Shown in pieces: positions 17,814-27,443 of a stretch of 35,931 nt of DNA. Positions within the stretch are counted from its first letter, which is position 1. Each line of letters begins with the position of its first letter. Under the pieces are notes generated by a model. It saw nothing but the letters and a program-made list of their open reading frames with translations. It searched no databases and was not told the DNA's origin. Origin of the DNA: a virus (Duplodnaviria; Heunggongvirae; Uroviricota; Caudoviricetes); the IMG/VR virus record IMGVR_UViG_3300029953_000013. One strand, given 5' to 3'. A program made the position numbers and the translations under genes.

Positions 17814-20800
17814 ATGAGTGTTTTTGCGCAGGGGATTCACAACCTGTTCTATGTCGAGCCGGGTAACAGCACAGTTCGCGTAACTGGCTTGAAGTCTGGC
17901 ACGCTCTATTGCGTCCTGGCTCAAGGTAGCTTCGGTATCCGCACGACTGGCATTATTGGCGCGGTATCTTCAGGAACCGGCTACTCACTCATCGGTCCTC
18001 TCCCCGCTTCGGCAACGACTCTTCAGAGCCAGATCGTAACTGAAACCGGGATCACGGCACCTGACAGCTACTTCGTGGCTGGTGCTGGCGCAACTCTTTT
18101 CCGCTACACCGTCCAGATTGAAGTTGATCCGGTTGCAAGTTCACCTACCAACATCGTGGTAAACGCCGCTGCTCCCGACTTCAACGAGGGTGCGGTTGAT
18201 TCTAATATTGAATCAATCATTTGCCATATCAGCCGTGACAACGGTAAGACCTTCAATGAGGTTCAAACCGTTTCAACGCCTTTCACGAATTTCAATTTGT
18301 TCGCCACATTCTCAATCCCAATTCCTTACGGGACGGATGTGCAAATGTATTTCCTCGTGCAGTTCAAGGACAGCACGTATGGTCCGCAGTCAAGCATCTA
18401 CCATGTTCACGGCACGATGGTTCCTTCTTCTCCCGTCCTTGCGGCACCCAGCATCGGTAGCATGGTTGGGCAGTATATGTATGCCGATGGGAATATCTCA
18501 CTCACCTTCAGCGCTGTAGTAACCGCCGATCCCATCGCATCCAACATTCAGGTGCAGATGTTCAATGGTGCAAACCCAGTGTTTTCAACCACTGTCCCGA
18601 ACATTCCAGGACAGGCAGTAACGTGTTCCATTCCGAATATTAGTAGCGCGGTTCCGACGTACACCATCAAAGCTGCTTCCATTCTCGCTGGTAGTGCAAG
18701 CCCCAACGCTACAACGACATGGAATTCAAACACTTCCCTTCCCTATGTCCCTCCCGCATTCGCGCCACTCAGCAGTATCTTTCTGTCTGAGTACATCAGC
18801 AATCCAGGCGGCTCCCTTCAGTCGCAAATTCACGTATACTTCAACTCGCTGTTGAACCCGGCAGAGCCACAGGGAGCCGTGTATTATCGGCTTCAAGACT
18901 CAACCCCGATGGCTTCATTGACGTTGGCGAACTTCACCCTTGCAAGCATCTCCCCTACCGGCGATGTCTATACCCCTGTTCTGACTACCGTTGGCGCTGG
19001 CGTTTCCTATGAGGTTGTGGTTCTTTCCGTATCGCCAAGCGGAATTCAAGCGGCATTCACTACAAACCAGATTCAGTCGGTGCCGATCACACAAAATGCG
19101 GAGTATGTTCCTACGGAGCAGCCACAGCCCGTAATTACGGTTCTTTCCCCCAAGAGCATCATGCTCACCGGCACATACAACCGCCCCGCCTTCACCCCTG
19201 CCCCGGTGGAAATCAGGGCATACAACAACGAATCAAGCACGGCTGGCGCGGGTCTGGTTCTCAAAGGGACATACTCAGCAAGCGCAATGGGCGTTTGCAG
19301 CTACAGCCTGACAATCCCTGATATTACCCAGTTCTCGATTGGGGGCGGTCAGTATGCGATTACCTTGCGCTCCTACCTTGAGAACAACGGCATCACGCCA
19401 ACCCAGTCCAAAACTTCCGTCCTGATCACCATTCTTGAGCCTCCCGCCCCGACTTGGCAGGTTGCGCCTACAGCCGTAGTTTCAACCTTCGGCGGCACGG
19501 TCGGCGGCGTAAACCCGCAGCTTGTTTCCCCTCAGGATAACGTAACCATTCCGGCTACAAGCGCGGGTGGCAATTGGGCTTCTGTGACGGTCACACTTCA
19601 GGCGAACGCATTGCAGGTTGAAGTAGCCGATGCGACTGCTGATCCTGGTCCAACCGGCACCGGCACCAACGCACTCGACTACACCCCATCAGCGGTCTAT
19701 AACGGCACCTGGGCATACATCACCCTCTCCCCGACGAATAACACTGGGGCAAAGAACGTTCGCACACGCTGGCTCACAGCCTATGGGAATAGCAATTGGA
19801 GTCCTGCGGCGGAAATCATTTTCCCGTACATCCCCACCGTTGTAACAACGTCCAATATCACTGGATGCACACCAGAATGGACATCCAACCCCGATGGCAC
19901 CATTACCCTTCAGTGGCTTGCTGGAAACTTCGGCAGTGCTACGCCAGGAACATACGTCATTTGGCGCAACGTGCAAGGCAGCAACAACCAGCTTACAGCG
20001 TCATCCATTGGAACAACAACCGGTCTGACGTTCACTGATTATTTGCAACCTAACATGCAGGAAAAGTCCTATTACTACTGGCTGGGTGCAAGCAATTCCC
20101 AAGGCTTCCAGGCGAATAGTCCCGCTGCGGTTGTTTCAAGCACGGATGGAGTCACAACCCTCGCGCCTTCTCATCGGTCGATTGTTCCCAGCACTCCGGT
20201 AGGGTTGGGCATCACTGGCGCAACCGGTGGCTTTACCATCGCATGGAATCCCAATCCAGAGTTGAACATCAAGTCTTACACGCTGGAATGGTCGGCGCTG
20301 GGGGATTTCTCAGATACCGTTTCTTTCGTCATCACCGGCACAAGCTACTTCCAGACTCAAGGCGCGACCGCTCCCCTGGCAACCGCTCTGATCTATGCTT
20401 GGAAGTTGGTAGCAAATGACACGGCTGGGAATTCAAGCGCGGCTCTTGGACCGCTGGGCATGATCAATTCCGCTAACTACGGCACGCTTCAGGGTTCCGC
20501 CCCAACCGCCCCAACCGGCGTGTCACAGGTTGCCAATACTGACGGATCGATCACAGTATCCCTCCCGGTGACAACGGCGGCTTATTTCCACATTTGCCGC
20601 ATGTCGAAATCAACGCCATGGACCCCGGCGACCGCCGATCCAGAAACCGGGGCACCTTCTGATGGTTCCACAATGGAATCCCAGGCGATCATTGCGGGAA
20701 CTTCACCAACCTTTGTTGATACCGGTTTGAACACAAACAAGTTCTACACCTACCGGGTCTACACACGTTCCCAGCTTGGGACCGACAGCGCCACCTACGC

Positions 20801-21386
20801 CGCTCCCCCAAGCCCTGTGCAGCCTTCCTTCGTGGTTCCTGGCACCCAACGGCAAAGCCTGATCATCAACGGGCAGTTCGGGAACGCTTCGGGCGCGTTC
20901 GGAACTTCTTTCAGTGGTTGGACCCTCGGCACGAACGTGAACTTCACAGCCGCCGCAAGCAATTACGCTTACGATGGCTACACCTACCAGACGCCAGGGT
21001 TCACAACGACCGCTGTTGAGTCTGCTGTGGTGCTTTCACAGAATTTCCAGGTTGTTCCGGGAGCCAAATACTCTGTGATGGGGATTGTCAATTACGCCCC
21101 GGCAACGCAGAACGGCAATGCCTACATCCGGGTTTCCCCAGCAGCTTCATTGCTGAATTCCTCGAATGGTGCTGCTATCTACCCTGCCCCGTATTCGGCG
21201 GCTGGTGGGGAAGCATCAGGAACCGATAAAACCACGGTAGACAATACGTATCGGGTTATCACGTTCTCTTTCATTGCGCCAGCAGCAACCAGCCAAATGA
21301 GCTTGAACGTTGGCTTTGAGAACAAAACAACCTTCGATTCCGTCACGCTTTATCCCATGTTCATACAGGTTTACGCGGACCAATAG
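17814..21386 (+). CDS. Large tail protein with multiple fibronectin-III-like domains and C-terminal carbohydrate-binding-like module
   Basis: Repeated PxxP..L...ITL[QA]W...Y.[IL]..Y.[YW].[VL] FN3 patterns, with SLIINGQFG...W near the C-terminus. Confidence 0.75.
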   Translation: MSVFAQGIHNLFYVEPGNSTVRVTGLKSGTLYCVLAQGSFGIRTTGIIGAVSSGTGYSLIGPLPASATTLQSQIVTETGITAPDSYFVAGAGATLFRYTVQIEVDPVASSPTNIVVNAAAPDFNEGAVDSNIESIICHISRDNGKTFNEVQTVSTPFTNFNLFATFSIPIPYGTDVQMYFLVQFKDSTYGPQSSIYHVHGTMVPSSPVLAAPSIGSMVGQYMYADGNISLTFSAVVTADPIASNIQVQMFNGANPVFSTTVPNIPGQAVTCSIPNISSAVPTYTIKAASILAGSASPNATTTWNSNTSLPYVPPAFAPLSSIFLSEYISNPGGSLQSQIHVYFNSLLNPAEPQGAVYYRLQDSTPMASLTLANFTLASISPTGDVYTPVLTTVGAGVSYEVVVLSVSPSGIQAAFTTNQIQSVPITQNAEYVPTEQPQPVITVLSPKSIMLTGTYNRPAFTPAPVEIRAYNNESSTAGAGLVLKGTYSASAMGVCSYSLTIPDITQFSIGGGQYAITLRSYLENNGITPTQSKTSVLITILEPPAPTWQVAPTAVVSTFGGTVGGVNPQLVSPQDNVTIPATSAGGNWASVTVTLQANALQVEVADATADPGPTGTGTNALDYTPSAVYNGTWAYITLSPTNNTGAKNVRTRWLTAYGNSNWSPAAEIIFPYIPTVVTTSNITGCTPEWTSNPDGTITLQWLAGNFGSATPGTYVIWRNVQGSNNQLTASSIGTTTGLTFTDYLQPNMQEKSYYYWLGASNSQGFQANSPAAVVSSTDGVTTLAPSHRSIVPSTPVGLGITGATGGFTIAWNPNPELNIKSYTLEWSALGDFSDTVSFVITGTSYFQTQGATAPLATALIYAWKLVANDTAGNSSAALGPLGMINSANYGTLQGSAPTAPTGVSQVANTDGSITVSLPVTTAAYFHICRMSKSTPWTPATADPETGAPSDGSTMESQAIIAGTSPTFVDTGLNTNKFYTYRVYTRSQLGTDSATYAAPPSPVQPSFVVPGTQRQSLIINGQFGNASGAFGTSFSGWTLGTNVNFTAAASNYAYDGYTYQTPGFTTTAVESAVVLSQNFQVVPGAKYSVMGIVNYAPATQNGNAYIRVSPAASLLNSSNGAAIYPAPYSAAGGEASGTDKTTVDNTYRVITFSFIAPAATSQMSLNVGFENKTTFDSVTLYPMFIQVYADQ

Positions 21387-21390
21387 CATG

Positions 21391-21397
21391 GGTGGTA
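21391..21397 (+). promoter_or_regulatory. GGTGGTA junction motif
   Basis: Intergenic, 21 nt before ATG 21419. The 13-mer GGTGGTAAGACTT is identical to 16000-16012. Confidence 0.5.
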
Positions 21398-21418
21398 AGA
21401 CTTGTCAAGAGGAACATA

Positions 21419-22780
21419 ATGTCTTGGCAAGCATGGAATTTTGGGAGTAGCGGTTCCACCCTAATTGATGGCGCGAACATACTTACCGGGACCGTAAATG
21501 CCACTGCCCTTGTCGCAAACAGCATCACGGCAAATCAAATCAAGACTGGGACGATCACCACGACCCAGCTTGCGTTTGCCCCAGTTGTGGGCACGGATGT
21601 AATTGCATCCATCAACGCTTCGACCGAACAAAACGGCGCAAGCGTGCTTACCATTCTTGGAAGCAAAATCCACATCGACGGGTCTGTCTCGTTCGGTGCT
21701 GGGTATAATCCTGCCACTGCCAACGCTACCCTTTCCAATTGGGGCTTTGGTGGTGGCACGACCTATATCAACGGCGGATTGATCCAGACAAACACCATCC
21801 AGGCGTCTTCAATCGCGGCTGGTGCGATCACCACTGATAAGCTGGCAGTCGGCACCATCCAGCGGCAGAACATCATCGCCAACGGGCAGTTTGGATCGGT
21901 TAACGCAACCGGCAATACCTATTCCTGCTGGACCCTGCTTTCCGGTGTGACCTTCACAGCCTCTCCTAACAACGCAGTGGGAGGGGCTGGATACGTGGCT
22001 CCTGCTCCTGGTGTTGCCGGAACCTACACCCCCTTTACCTCAGTCGGTCAGCCAGCTACCGTTGCTCTGTACTGCCCCGCCCTCTCCGCTACGGTAATGG
22101 CGCAGAACTTCATCAAGCAAGCCATCGCCGTAACGCCAGGGCGCACCTATTCAGTGGTGGGGCTGGTGTACGGAACTGGCGGAACAACTAGCGGTCGTAT
22201 CTACCTGAAGACCGTAGTTCAAAGTAACCAGCAGGAACTTTCTTCAGCGACAACCGGAATTTCAGCCGGTAGCGTGATCCCTCCGTTCTACCTGAATGCG
22301 GTCCCGGCACCGAACGGATCGGCTTACTCGACCGATTGGGGAGTTTGGAATCTCTACGCATATCGTGTGACTGTTCCAAGTGGCGTAACGCTCCTGGAAG
22401 TGCAGATCGGCACAGACTCAAATAGCAGCGTTTCCGCTATCACTCTTTACCCTGGATTCATTCAGGTTTACGACGATGACACGAACGAATCAACTATCGC
22501 AAATGGAGCTTCCCAGCTTCAGGCGGTTGCTTTCGGCGGCGACATTCAGGGCGCGTATAACGCTCTGGTAGTAAGGGCAATTCAAGGAACAATGGTTGCC
22601 AACGTCCCTCCCACGGATGGTCAGGTTCTCGCTTATAGCGCGGCAGCAAATCAATGGAAGCCTACTTCAAGCTCGGGCGGTTCGCTTGGAAACGGCATCA
22701 CTGGGGCATCCATTGATGGCGGCATGGCTTCTACCGTGTATGGCGGGACAGGATCAATCAATTGTGGAGGCGCTTCTTAA
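21419..22780 (+). CDS. Tail fibre-like protein (ITA[DN]K/QI-type repeats plus carbohydrate-binding-like module)
   Basis: SITANQIKTGTITTTQL and AGAITTDKL repeats; NIIANGQFG module paralogous to the previous gene. ATG 21419 has a GAGG RBS. Confidence 0.7.
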   Translation: MSWQAWNFGSSGSTLIDGANILTGTVNATALVANSITANQIKTGTITTTQLAFAPVVGTDVIASINASTEQNGASVLTILGSKIHIDGSVSFGAGYNPATANATLSNWGFGGGTTYINGGLIQTNTIQASSIAAGAITTDKLAVGTIQRQNIIANGQFGSVNATGNTYSCWTLLSGVTFTASPNNAVGGAGYVAPAPGVAGTYTPFTSVGQPATVALYCPALSATVMAQNFIKQAIAVTPGRTYSVVGLVYGTGGTTSGRIYLKTVVQSNQQELSSATTGISAGSVIPPFYLNAVPAPNGSAYSTDWGVWNLYAYRVTVPSGVTLLEVQIGTDSNSSVSAITLYPGFIQVYDDDTNESTIANGASQLQAVAFGGDIQGAYNALVVRAIQGTMVANVPPTDGQVLAYSAAANQWKPTSSSGGSLGNGITGASIDGGMASTVYGGTGSINCGGAS

Positions 22781-25700
22781 ATGGCTCAAGTAATTCAACT
22801 TCGGCATGACTATGCCGCAAACTGGACAACCTCTAACCCCGTTCTCGCTCAAGGCGAATTCGGGTATGAACTTGATTCAAAGCGCAATAAAGTCGGTGAT
22901 GGTGTAACGGCTTGGAGTGCATTGGGCTACTACGGCATCGGTAACACTGGTGCGCAGGGCGTAGCTGGCACTATCGCTGTCGGCACCGTAAACACACTTC
23001 CGTATAACCAGCCTGTAACGGTTGTAAACACTGGCACCGTCAACAACGCGATCCTCAACTTCTCCATTCCCCAGGGTCAAGCAGCTACGGGCGCGATTGG
23101 AACGGTAACAACCCTCGCCGCAGGATCGAACGCAACGGTTACGAACACTGGCACTCCCGGCGCTTCTATCTTCAATTTCGGTGTTCCACAGGGCATTCAA
23201 GGTATTCAGGGACCATCAGGAACGCTTGCCGTTGGAACCGTATCAACCCTTGCTCCTGGCGCAAGTGCGACTGTCACAAACACAGGAAACTCACAAGCGG
23301 CTTCGTTGAACTTCGGCATCCCTGCGGGTGCAGCAGCAACGATTACGGTAGGGACCGTAACCACAGGTGCAGCAAACTCTAGTGCCACTGTTTTGAACGG
23401 TGGGACTGCTGCTGCTGCAATCCTTAATTTCTGCATCCCGCAAGGTATTCAGGGCATCCAGGGACCGGCAGCAACGATTGCTGTAGGCACGGTTTCAAAC
23501 CTCGCTCCTGGTTCCGCCGCGACTGTGGTAAATGCTGGAACTTCACAAGCTGCATCCTTCAACTTCGGAATCCCCCAAGGGACCGCCGCAACCCTCGCAA
23601 TTGGGACGGTAAACACTGGTGCAGCTAACTCAAGCGCCACGGTGACGAATTCAGGGAATGCGAATGCCGCAGTTCTGAATTTCTCGATCCCGCAGGGCAT
23701 CCAGGGCATCCAAGGCATCGCTGCATCGCTTGCCGTTGGGACTGTCACAAACTTGGCTCCCGGCTCCAATGCGACTGTCGTAAACGCCGGAACCGCCCAG
23801 GTGGCTTCCCTCAACTTCGGCATCCCTCAGGGTGCAGCCGCTACCATCGGTGTAGGAACTGTATCGACTGGTGCAGCAGGTTCTAGCGCCACGGTAACAA
23901 ACGTTGGGACAGCAAACGCCGCTACGCTGAATTTCGCCATTCCTCAGGGCATTCAGGGCATTCAGGGCAACACCGGAACCGCCGCTACCATCGCGGTTGG
24001 GACTGTCACAACTCTTGCGGCGGGTGCAAGCGCAACCGTCACAAACGCTGGAACTGCTGGCGCGGCATCGTTCAACTTCGGGATTCCACAAGGTGCAGCG
24101 GCAACCATCGGGATTGGAACCACCACGACCGGGGCGGCTGGCTCAAGCGCGGTTGTGACGAATTCCGGGACTTCCGGCGCGGCTGTTTTGAACTTCACCG
24201 TTCCGCAGGGTCTTACTGGTTTGACCGGCACTGCTGCAACCATCGCCCTCGGCACCGTTACGACTGGTGCGCCAGGGTCTAGCGTCATCATGTCCAACTC
24301 CGGGACAAGTGGTGCGGCTGTGCTCAACTTCACCATCCCTCAGGGACTCACAGGCAATACAGGTGCCCCAGGTGGCGTTACAACCATCTTCGGCAGAAAT
24401 GGCGTTGTTGTAGCCGCATCAGGCGATTACACAGCCGCCCAGGTGGGCGCAGAAGCCGCTTTGGGGAACCCTTCTGTCTCGGGCTACTTGCTGTCTTCGA
24501 CCACAGCGGGTGTTCGTTCCTGGATCGCCGCCCCCGTAACGTTCAATCCCGCCGCCCCCGGTGCGATTGGCTCAACCACCCCGGCAGCAGGAACCTTCAC
24601 CACTTTTGGGCAAACCATTACTGCTGCTTCTGGTACGACCATTAGCACGCTTAATATCTCAACAGGAGCGAATTCTAGCTTTAAGTTCTTCGATACACAA
24701 ATTGGTGGTCAGAACCTCGGTTTGGCGTATTTCCAGTGGGCGCGTGGGGGTTCCCAGGACCGCTCTTTCTCGATCTTTACTAGCACCAGTGGTGGCGTTT
24801 CCAATCAAGCCTTGCTTTTGGATTCTTCTGGCAACACCACCATCAACAGCTTGAATGCAAGCACAGGCGCTTTCTCGGGAACCGTAACCGCACCTACCTT
24901 TTCCGGCACTCATTCTGGTTCCGGTGCAGGTCTGACAGCGAACACGGTTCCTATTGCCGCGCTTTCCTTCCCAGGCGGGTCAACTTTCCTCCGCGCTGAT
25001 GGAACTTGGCAGACGGTTAGCGTTAACTTGGCGGCTCCTGGTCCAATCGGTGGCACTACACCGTCTACAGGTGCATTCACCACCGGTATATTTTCCGGGC
25101 TGATCACCGCTTCCGCAGGCGTAAACCACACTGGCGTACCTTCATCTTGGGCACCAGGAACTATCGCTTATTCCGCTACCGGTGGTTTGGCTAATATTGC
25201 CAAGACAGGAACAAGCTATGACTGGTCGGTTTTGGATACATCGGCAACCCTGGCGTCAATAGGGGTTGTCACAGGAACCCATAATATCGCAATACCTAAC
25301 GGCAACTTGATTGTTTCGGGAGTTGTGCAGGTTACTGGCGGAGCTGGTGTAGCGGGGTCAATGTATTCAAACGCATCCCAGGGAATGGTCATTCAAGCAA
25401 AGGCTGGGTCATCTTTTGATTTCTGCTTGATCAATCCGGCAAACAGTGCCTACATTTTCAACGTTCCAACCGGAACCTCTAACGTAACCTTTTCGGGCAC
25501 AATTTCCGCTACTAACCACCTTGGTTCTGGAGCCGGGCTTACTGGAACCGCTGCTAGTTTGACTGCTGGTGCTGTGTCTAGCATCACGACTGCACAGGTT
25601 TGGAATGCGATTTCCAGTCAAAGCAACCCGGATTGGTATCGTAACTCTAACGGATTCTACTGCAACAACGGAACCGGGCTTCAGCCAAACGGCACACTGC

Positions 25701-26134
25701 TTTGCGTCATGTATAATGGCGGTTCTCTTCAGACCGTCAATCTTTACGCAACCGGAACTGTCGTGTCTGGATACTCAGATGGTCGGCTCAAGGACAACAT
25801 CAAGACCATTCAGAATGCAATGGGCATGGTTCGCGCAATGCGAGGTATCTCCTACCGGGCAAACGCTCTCGGGCAGTCATTCGGCTTCTCAAGTAAGGAA
25901 GAGCTTGGTGTGATCGCCCAGGAAGTTCAACTTGTAGCTCCCCAGGTGATCGGTTCCGCGCCGTTTGATGTCGGGCATAGGGATGATGGTTCAATCTTCT
26001 CCATCTCCGGGAACGATTACTTGACCGTGGATTACGAGCGGCTTGTTCCAATTTTGATCGAAGCCATCAAGGAATTGGAACTGCGCCTCGACATGCAATT
26101 GGGTGGTAACACATACAGTGTGGTAAAGGAATAA
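22781..26134 (+). CDS. Long tail fibre: Mtd_N/hyaluronidase-type N-terminal anchor, collagen-interrupted repeats, C-terminal Peptidase S74 intramolecular chaperone
   Basis: IQLRHD.AANW...NPVL..GE.GYE.D....KVGDG...W..L at the N-terminus; GIQGIQG triplets; YSDGRLKDNI...GVIAQEV...VDYERLVPILIEAIKEL at the C-terminus. Confidence 0.9.
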   Translation: MAQVIQLRHDYAANWTTSNPVLAQGEFGYELDSKRNKVGDGVTAWSALGYYGIGNTGAQGVAGTIAVGTVNTLPYNQPVTVVNTGTVNNAILNFSIPQGQAATGAIGTVTTLAAGSNATVTNTGTPGASIFNFGVPQGIQGIQGPSGTLAVGTVSTLAPGASATVTNTGNSQAASLNFGIPAGAAATITVGTVTTGAANSSATVLNGGTAAAAILNFCIPQGIQGIQGPAATIAVGTVSNLAPGSAATVVNAGTSQAASFNFGIPQGTAATLAIGTVNTGAANSSATVTNSGNANAAVLNFSIPQGIQGIQGIAASLAVGTVTNLAPGSNATVVNAGTAQVASLNFGIPQGAAATIGVGTVSTGAAGSSATVTNVGTANAATLNFAIPQGIQGIQGNTGTAATIAVGTVTTLAAGASATVTNAGTAGAASFNFGIPQGAAATIGIGTTTTGAAGSSAVVTNSGTSGAAVLNFTVPQGLTGLTGTAATIALGTVTTGAPGSSVIMSNSGTSGAAVLNFTIPQGLTGNTGAPGGVTTIFGRNGVVVAASGDYTAAQVGAEAALGNPSVSGYLLSSTTAGVRSWIAAPVTFNPAAPGAIGSTTPAAGTFTTFGQTITAASGTTISTLNISTGANSSFKFFDTQIGGQNLGLAYFQWARGGSQDRSFSIFTSTSGGVSNQALLLDSSGNTTINSLNASTGAFSGTVTAPTFSGTHSGSGAGLTANTVPIAALSFPGGSTFLRADGTWQTVSVNLAAPGPIGGTTPSTGAFTTGIFSGLITASAGVNHTGVPSSWAPGTIAYSATGGLANIAKTGTSYDWSVLDTSATLASIGVVTGTHNIAIPNGNLIVSGVVQVTGGAGVAGSMYSNASQGMVIQAKAGSSFDFCLINPANSAYIFNVPTGTSNVTFSGTISATNHLGSGAGLTGTAASLTAGAVSSITTAQVWNAISSQSNPDWYRNSNGFYCNNGTGLQPNGTLLCVMYNGGSLQTVNLYATGTVVSGYSDGRLKDNIKTIQNAMGMVRAMRGISYRANALGQSFGFSSKEELGVIAQEVQLVAPQVIGSAPFDVGHRDDGSIFSISGNDYLTVDYERLVPILIEAIKELELRLDMQLGGNTYSVVKE
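22970..24372 (+). repeat. Eleven coding repeats of ~36-39 aa (TI[AG]VGTV[TS]T..G..ATV.N.GT..AA.[LF]NF.IPQG) with collagen spacers
   Basis: Counted in the translation. Units alternate L-type and G-type, with a collagen triplet block after each pair. Confidence 0.9.
26102..26108 (+). promoter_or_regulatory. GGTGGTA motif 30 nt before start of next gene
   Basis: In the last codons of the fibre gene; a partial copy (GTGGTAA) follows at 26120. Confidence 0.35.
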
Positions 26135-26138
26135 TGAA

Positions 26139-26591
26139 ATGGCAAACTACAACGAAACCGCTGTCTCTGGTTCAATCTGGACTCGGGCGAAAGCTGTCCA
26201 AATCAATAACCCTGCCAATGGCACGCCCAGCATCACGTTTACGGAAGAGCAGGTTGTGGACTACAACAACACGCTCCTGTCCGGTGGGCAACCTTCGTTT
26301 GTGAGTGTCACATTCAACCCAGCGGCAGTGATTCCGATGATTGATCCGACTACGCAAACAGCAACCGGCGCGACTATGACGCAAGGGGATCTCTATGCCG
26401 CGCTCTACAGCCTGTATCTTCAGGTTGCGGCAGCGCGGGATGTCCAGGCTGCGGCTAACGCTGCTGCTTTCGCGGCGATCCCTGCTGCGGTTCCTGGGGC
26501 TATAACCACGGCTCCTTCGTCAACCATTCCGGCACCTTTGACAGTAACAATTCCTTCTCCTGCCCCTGCGGCGACAACTACAGGTTCCTAA
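26139..26591 (+). CDS. Tail-fibre-associated protein (possible fibre chaperone/adaptor)
   Basis: MANYNETAVSG..WTRA..V.I.NP.NG.PSITF.EE pattern of a kind I recall downstream of phage fibres; Pro/Ala/Thr tail. Confidence 0.5.
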   Translation: MANYNETAVSGSIWTRAKAVQINNPANGTPSITFTEEQVVDYNNTLLSGGQPSFVSVTFNPAAVIPMIDPTTQTATGATMTQGDLYAALYSLYLQVAAARDVQAAANAAAFAAIPAAVPGAITTAPSSTIPAPLTVTIPSPAPAATTTGS

Positions 26592-26594
26592 GCG

Positions 26595-27434
26595 ATGGCA
26601 TTCACTGTCAATGGCGTAGACTTGGATACCATCTTTGAACCCATTTGGACCGCCCCTGGTGCGGCTACAGGTTTCTATGATGGTGGGCAGGATCTTGCGA
26701 ACCGATATGAGAAACTTTCGTCAGGTCTACCATATTATGCAATTCCTTTCACACATAATGGGGTTGATCTAAATACCTTGTTTGCGGGCAAAGGGACTGT
26801 AGGCACAGCCATAACATCTATTTACGCCGGTAATTACGGAACGGTGACTTACACCGGTCCTTACACCGCTTATGACAGCAAAAATAATGCCTATACAGAA
26901 TGGACAACGATTCTATACACAGTGTATATAGCTGGAGTCTGTACCTATAATTCTACTACACCTTGGGTGTTCCCTTACGTCTACAATGGTAACACATACA
27001 CTGCCGTTTCTTCCGTAGTCAATGTGAATACTGCTTCAGAGATTCAATACACCTATGTGTTGGCGGATGCCATAAAGGAACCTAATACCACAATTCCGAA
27101 TGGATGGGTGTATGACCAGAACTATTGTTATTACCAGACTTTGCAGACTGGGGTTAGTTCAACAACGGATAAATCAGGCATAACATATTACTACGCCAGC
27201 ACAACCTACCGCTTAATTCGTGGTGGTGTAGTCATCTGGAGTTCAACCACCGCTCCAACTGTAACATATAGTGCCACTTATGGCTATTATGTTACGGTTG
27301 TTGTTGGTAGCGTTACTTATTACGCGCTTATATCAAGCGTTTCCTATACTACATGCGCAGTATACAATACCGGCTATGGAGCCGATCCATACGACCAACG
27401 GTTCGCCATATCTGTCGCCGTACCCGTTAACTAG
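26595..27434 (+). CDS. Tyr/Thr-rich putative adhesin/receptor-binding tip protein
   Basis: N-terminal triple motif NGVDLDTIF / GGQDLANRY / NGVDLNTLF, followed by a Y/T/V/S-rich beta region. Spot counts of two 60-nt lines give 35% and 40% GC. Confidence 0.55.
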   Translation: MAFTVNGVDLDTIFEPIWTAPGAATGFYDGGQDLANRYEKLSSGLPYYAIPFTHNGVDLNTLFAGKGTVGTAITSIYAGNYGTVTYTGPYTAYDSKNNAYTEWTTILYTVYIAGVCTYNSTTPWVFPYVYNGNTYTAVSSVVNVNTASEIQYTYVLADAIKEPNTTIPNGWVYDQNYCYYQTLQTGVSSTTDKSGITYYYASTTYRLIRGGVVIWSSTTAPTVTYSATYGYYVTVVVGSVTYYALISSVSYTTCAVYNTGYGADPYDQRFAISVAVPVN

Positions 27435-27443
27435 GAGCTTGAA

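Noticed and set aside
22970-24372. CRISPR array or non-coding tandem repeat
   Set aside because: The repeats are degenerate at codon third positions and in frame within the fibre gene, with no unique spacers.
26595-27434. Diversity-generating retroelement target
   Set aside because: No reverse transcriptase and no template repeat differing only at adenines seen in the window; Tyr/Asn richness alone is not evidence. It cannot be excluded genome-wide.
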